Assembly: GCA_964291655.2 (NCBI GenBank) | Contig: OZ219802.1 | Span: 2,240,001-2,304,000 of the forward strand | Direction of reading: 5' to 3' | Length of the DNA: 64,000 bases | DNA from: Chloroflexota bacterium | GTDB taxonomy: Bacteria > Chloroflexota > UBA11872 > VXOZ01 | Part shown: positions 60,549 through 64,000 of the stretch, piece by piece | How positions within the stretch are numbered: position 1 is the first letter of the stretch | Layout of the letters: each line of letters starts with the position of its first letter | Notes under the pieces: generated by a model | Database searches by the model: none | The model's input: the letters and a program-made list of their open reading frames with translations, nothing else | Told to the model about the DNA's origin: nothing | Position numbers and translations under genes: made by a program

Positions 60549-61874
60549 CTACACTCGTTCTTCGCCATTACTTGCCTCAGTCCCATCTTCTGCCGGCCCT
60601 GGATGCGGCTCCTTGCGCACAAGCACCTTCTTGATGCGCGTGCCTTCGACGGCCAGCACCGAAACCGTAATGCCGTCAAGGTCCACCGTATCGCCTTCAT
60701 CGGGCATGCGGCCAAGCTGGGCGTAGATCGCACCGCCCAAAGTATCTACCTCTTCATTTTCGAGACTGGTGCCGAGCATGTCATTGAGGTCGTTCATGCT
60801 TACTGCCGGGTCCACCACAGCCTCCAACTCATTCACCATTTCTACCCGAGGTTCCTCTACATCGTGTTCATCCTGAATTTCGCCTACGATCTCTTCCAGC
60901 ACGTCTTCAATGGTGACGAGGCCGGCAACACCACCAAACTCATCCACACAGATGGCCGCGTGCACACGCTTCTGCCGCATCTCCTGCAAGAATTCGCTGA
61001 GCTTTTTCGACTCCGGCACGAAATAGGGCTCGCGCATCACGTCGCGCACCAGCGTATCGAGCTTGTCAGCTTCCACATACGGGAGCATGTCCTTGACATA
61101 GACAACGCCCTTGATGTTGTCAATTGTTTCTTCGTAGACTGGGATGCGCGAGTATCCATGTTCAGAAGATGTGTGGATAGCGTCAGCCAGGGTGCTGTCA
61201 CCTTCCAGCGTCACAATGTCAACGCGGGGAGACATAATTTCGCCGACAGTCAACTCGCCCAGCTCAAACACGCCGTGGATCATCTCGCGCTCGCCTTCCT
61301 CGATCACCCCCTCTTTGCCGCCGGTGTCCACCATGAGCTTGATCTCTTCTTCGGTAACCGTCGGGACCGTGGTGAGCGCCTCTTTGCCAAAGCGATGCGT
61401 GATGAGATTACTCGAGTGAGATATTAGCCACACGAGCGGATGGAAAGCCGTTTGGGTGACCAGAATTACACGTGCCGAAAGCAGGGCAAAGCGCTCGGCG
61501 TGGGTAATGGCCATGGTCTTGGGCACGATTTCGCCGAGGACAATACTGACAAAGGCGATTGCGAGCGTGATCAATATGACGGCGATTACCTCATTGCCGA
61601 TCACGCCGCCCAGGTCGTCTGAGAAGCTTACCGCGCCAATCGCGGACGCGAGGAACCCGACCGTCGTGATCGCGATCTGAATGGTCGTGAGGAACCGCTC
61701 GATGTTCTGGTGAAAGCCCCGCACGATACGGGCGTTGGAAACACCATCGTCCGCTAGTTGTTGAATACGCGCGCGGCTTACGGAGATTACCGAGGTTTCT
61801 GTCGCGGCGAAGAACCCGTTGAACAACGTTAGGATGAGAATGCCAAGAATCTGACCCCAACTTGACGGATCCAA
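60549..61874 (-). CDS. Hemolysin-family CNNM/CBS/CorC_HlyC transporter-associated protein
   Basis: NGFFAATE, GEIVPK, IMSPR, YSRIPVY, FVPE, VDEFGG..GLVTIED.LEEIVGEI, TLGG. Confidence 0.92.
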   Translation of the reverse strand: MDPSSWGQILGILILTLFNGFFAATETSVISVSRARIQQLADDGVSNARIVRGFHQNIERFLTTIQIAITTVGFLASAIGAVSFSDDLGGVIGNEVIAVILITLAIAFVSIVLGEIVPKTMAITHAERFALLSARVILVTQTAFHPLVWLISHSSNLITHRFGKEALTTVPTVTEEEIKLMVDTGGKEGVIEEGEREMIHGVFELGELTVGEIMSPRVDIVTLEGDSTLADAIHTSSEHGYSRIPVYEETIDNIKGVVYVKDMLPYVEADKLDTLVRDVMREPYFVPESKKLSEFLQEMRQKRVHAAICVDEFGGVAGLVTIEDVLEEIVGEIQDEHDVEEPRVEMVNELEAVVDPAVSMNDLNDMLGTSLENEEVDTLGGAIYAQLGRMPDEGDTVDLDGITVSVLAVEGTRIKKVLVRKEPHPGPAEDGTEASNGEERV

Positions 61875-62002
61875 AATAGGTCACTCCTTACTAATGAACG
61901 CCCTTCCTGCCGCCACACACGTCTTTCTTCGTGAACTGTTTCATGTGAGAGGTTCAATCTTCCCCAAGAGTCTGCCAATCACGTGCCTCGCCCCTCGCCG
62001 GA

Positions 62003-63379
62003 TCAATCCTGCTCGGACTTTGCGGGCGACCCACGCACCCCCCGCACCCGCGCGGGCACGCCGTATGCCTTAGCCTGCGCAGGCACATCCCGTGTCACCA
62101 CGGAGCCTGCGCCTGTTAATGCATTGCTCCCAACCCGCACCGGCGCCACCAGCAATGTACCGCTACCGATGAATGCGCCGTCGCCAATCTCGGTTCTATG
62201 CTTGTCTGCGCCATCAAAGTTGCACGTGACTGTGCCGGCGCCGACATTCACATCGTTTCCGACTACAGTATCACCTAAGTAGCCCACATGGTGAATCTTG
62301 GCGCCAGAACTTACCTGTGTGTTCTTGAGTTCGGCGTAGTTTCCAATCTCCACGTCGTCTGCCACGACGGTCCCCGGCCGCAAGTGTGCGAATGGGCCAA
62401 TGCGCACGTTCTCACCGACCTCCGCGCCCTCAAGTACCGATTCCATTACCGTAACATTTGACGCAAGCCGCGTGTCATGCAGCCGTGTGCCCGAGCCAAT
62501 CGTACAGTTGTCTCCCACCGCTGTGTTGCCGTACAGGTAGCAGTTCGGCCACAGCGTAACATCTCGACCGAACGTCACCGTGTCATCGAGCCACACCGTC
62601 GCCGGGTCGACGAGGGTGACGCCGCCTTGCAATGCCCGCCCGCGTACTCGCTCACGCAGCGTGCTCTCCGCCAGCGCCAAGTCTGCGCGATCCTCTACTT
62701 GAAGCAGTTCGACATCGGCGCCCGCGTGTCGCACCGTCGCAATCTTGGCAGCTTCGGCAAGCGCAAACGCGGCAAGCGACACGAGACACTCTTCCTGCCC
62801 CGGGGCGGCATCTCGGTGTTCCCAAAGCCACTCGCGTGAAAAACACATAACACCGGTGCTAAAGGATTCCACCGGCGAGCCCGCCGGAGTCGTGTCGTTC
62901 TCGGTCAGGATGCACTCGATCCGTCCGGCAGAGTCACGGACGATGCTGGCGCAATGCGGGGAGCCTGCATGGTGAGAAGTGAGCAGCACTAGCGGACAAG
63001 AAGTCTCATGCTGGCGCTGCATGAGACGAGACATAGTTTTCTGGGAGAGCAGCGGCATCGTGCCGGCGACAATCAAGACCGTACTGACGGTTTCCGGTAC
63101 CGCGGCAACCATTGTGTCAAGCCAGCTACCATCATCCTGGTAATGGCATGCGGTTGCAAAACCTACGTAGTCCTGCAATTGGGCAGTCTTTGCGGTGCAA
63201 GCGATGACCAGGGGCGAACAGCCGATGCTTTGAGCGGTATGCGTGGGATAGACCGCCATGGGCCGACCCGCCAGCGGATGCAAGACCGTAGCGCGTTGAG
63301 ACCGCATCCGCCCAGTCCGGCCGGTGGCCAAGATGATGGCGGCAGTAGATTGATGGGGGTCTGGGTCGCTCTCTGTCAT
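62003..63379 (-). CDS. glmU: GlmU homolog: intact left-handed beta-helix acetyltransferase, degenerate N-terminal uridyltransferase
   Basis: GVTLVDP, IGPFAHLRPG, GNYAELKN, YLGD, GAGTVTCNFDG, FIGS, GAGSVVT.DVP; downstream of tRNA-Gln. Confidence 0.85.
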   Translation of the reverse strand: MTESDPDPHQSTAAIILATGRTGRMRSQRATVLHPLAGRPMAVYPTHTAQSIGCSPLVIACTAKTAQLQDYVGFATACHYQDDGSWLDTMVAAVPETVSTVLIVAGTMPLLSQKTMSRLMQRQHETSCPLVLLTSHHAGSPHCASIVRDSAGRIECILTENDTTPAGSPVESFSTGVMCFSREWLWEHRDAAPGQEECLVSLAAFALAEAAKIATVRHAGADVELLQVEDRADLALAESTLRERVRGRALQGGVTLVDPATVWLDDTVTFGRDVTLWPNCYLYGNTAVGDNCTIGSGTRLHDTRLASNVTVMESVLEGAEVGENVRIGPFAHLRPGTVVADDVEIGNYAELKNTQVSSGAKIHHVGYLGDTVVGNDVNVGAGTVTCNFDGADKHRTEIGDGAFIGSGTLLVAPVRVGSNALTGAGSVVTRDVPAQAKAYGVPARVRGVRGSPAKSEQD

Positions 63380-63530
63380 GGGCTACTAGGCAGAGCAGTC
63401 CAAGCAACGGCATTGCGTGCCAACTCAGTATTGCTGAGCGTTCCTGACAACCTTTGGAACGCAGTCCGCCGTCCTACGGACGAAGTCTGCCTACACCCTT
63501 CCTCCTTGTGCGCCGCTCGCATTCCCGCGG

Positions 63531-63602
63531 CTGGGGCGGTAGGATTCGAACCTACGAATGCGGGCTCCAAAGGCCCGTGCCTTACCGCTTGGCGACGCCC
63601 CA
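63531..63602 (-). tRNA. tRNA-Gln (anticodon TTG), CCA not fully encoded
   Basis: TGGGGCGTCGCCAAGCGGTAAGGCACGGGCCTTTGGAGCCCGCATTCGTAGGTTCGAATCCTACCGCCCCAG, followed by CCG. Confidence 0.95.
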
Positions 63603-63610
63603 CCTGATTC

Positions 63611-63639
63611 ATCATATCCGCGCCCCCAGGGAGCGTCAA
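63611..63639 (-). promoter_or_regulatory. sigma70 promoter of tRNA-Gln/glmU
   Basis: Minus strand TTGACG-N17-TATGAT, 8 nt before the tRNA. Confidence 0.7.
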
Positions 63640-63780
63640 GTACATCAAAAGGGCCGCACTCCGGCCGTGCCGGGACCTACTTACCTCCGAGCCTTACACT
63701 CTACAATTTCGCTCGATTCCAACGCTGTCGAAGAAGAGAACGCTTCAGATGGCAGAGTGGGTAAATGCCATTTTCTACTG

Positions 63781-64000
63781 TTACGCTCTTGCCAGGGACT
63801 TCGCCTCTTGCACCATGTCGTGGATGATGTCCAGGCCGCCGTGCCAGAAGGCGGGATCGGCCGTATCGATGTTGGCGCGTTGCATGAGCTGGGCGGGAGA
63901 TTCGCTGCCGCCAGCCGCCAGCATGCCGCGATACACCTCAACAAAAGGCGCGCCCTGCTGCTGATAGGCGCGGTAGAGCGAGAGCGAGAGCAGTTCGCCG
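63781..64000 (-). CDS. C-terminal end of an M3-family oligoendopeptidase F (partial)
   Basis: GELLSLSLYRAY..FVEVYRGMLAAGGSESP..ID..DPAFWHGGL..* (manual translation). Confidence 0.75.
   Translation of the reverse strand, partial: GELLSLSLYRAYQQQGAPFVEVYRGMLAAGGSESPAQLMQRANIDTADPAFWHGGLDIIHDMVQEAKSLARA

Overview
GC-rich bacterial chromosomal window, probably Chloroflexota (inferred from the alpha2 GlyRS, type-2 IleRS, Tat-exported sugar-binding lipoproteins and amidohydrolase expansion; not proven). It carries translation genes (valS, argS, ileS, glyQS, miaB, queF plus yhhQ, tRNA-Glu(CTC), tRNA-Gln(TTG)), recO, glmU, nagA/ROK, mmsA, kduD-like and Gfo/Idh/MocA catabolic genes, and a FixH plus 4Fe-4S membrane-protein locus. 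Intergenic space is dense with short palindromic repeats. An IS481, an IS1182 and three MITE families sit in or at these hairpins, and a DUF559 nuclease pseudogene is bracketed by one hairpin family. The top observation is at 57120..57581: a dual-specificity-phosphatase-fold gene with an in-frame TGA exactly at the catalytic Cys position (H-U-GSGFG-G), followed by a SECIS-like hairpin and lacking the phosphate-binding Arg. It is a candidate unannotated selenoprotein. Also notable are a GlmU with a degenerate uridyltransferase half, a GVHH-motif IleRS2, a TIGS-motif ArgRS, and palindromic repeats inserted in frame in a 4Fe-4S protein. All calls come from reading the sequence; no searches were run.
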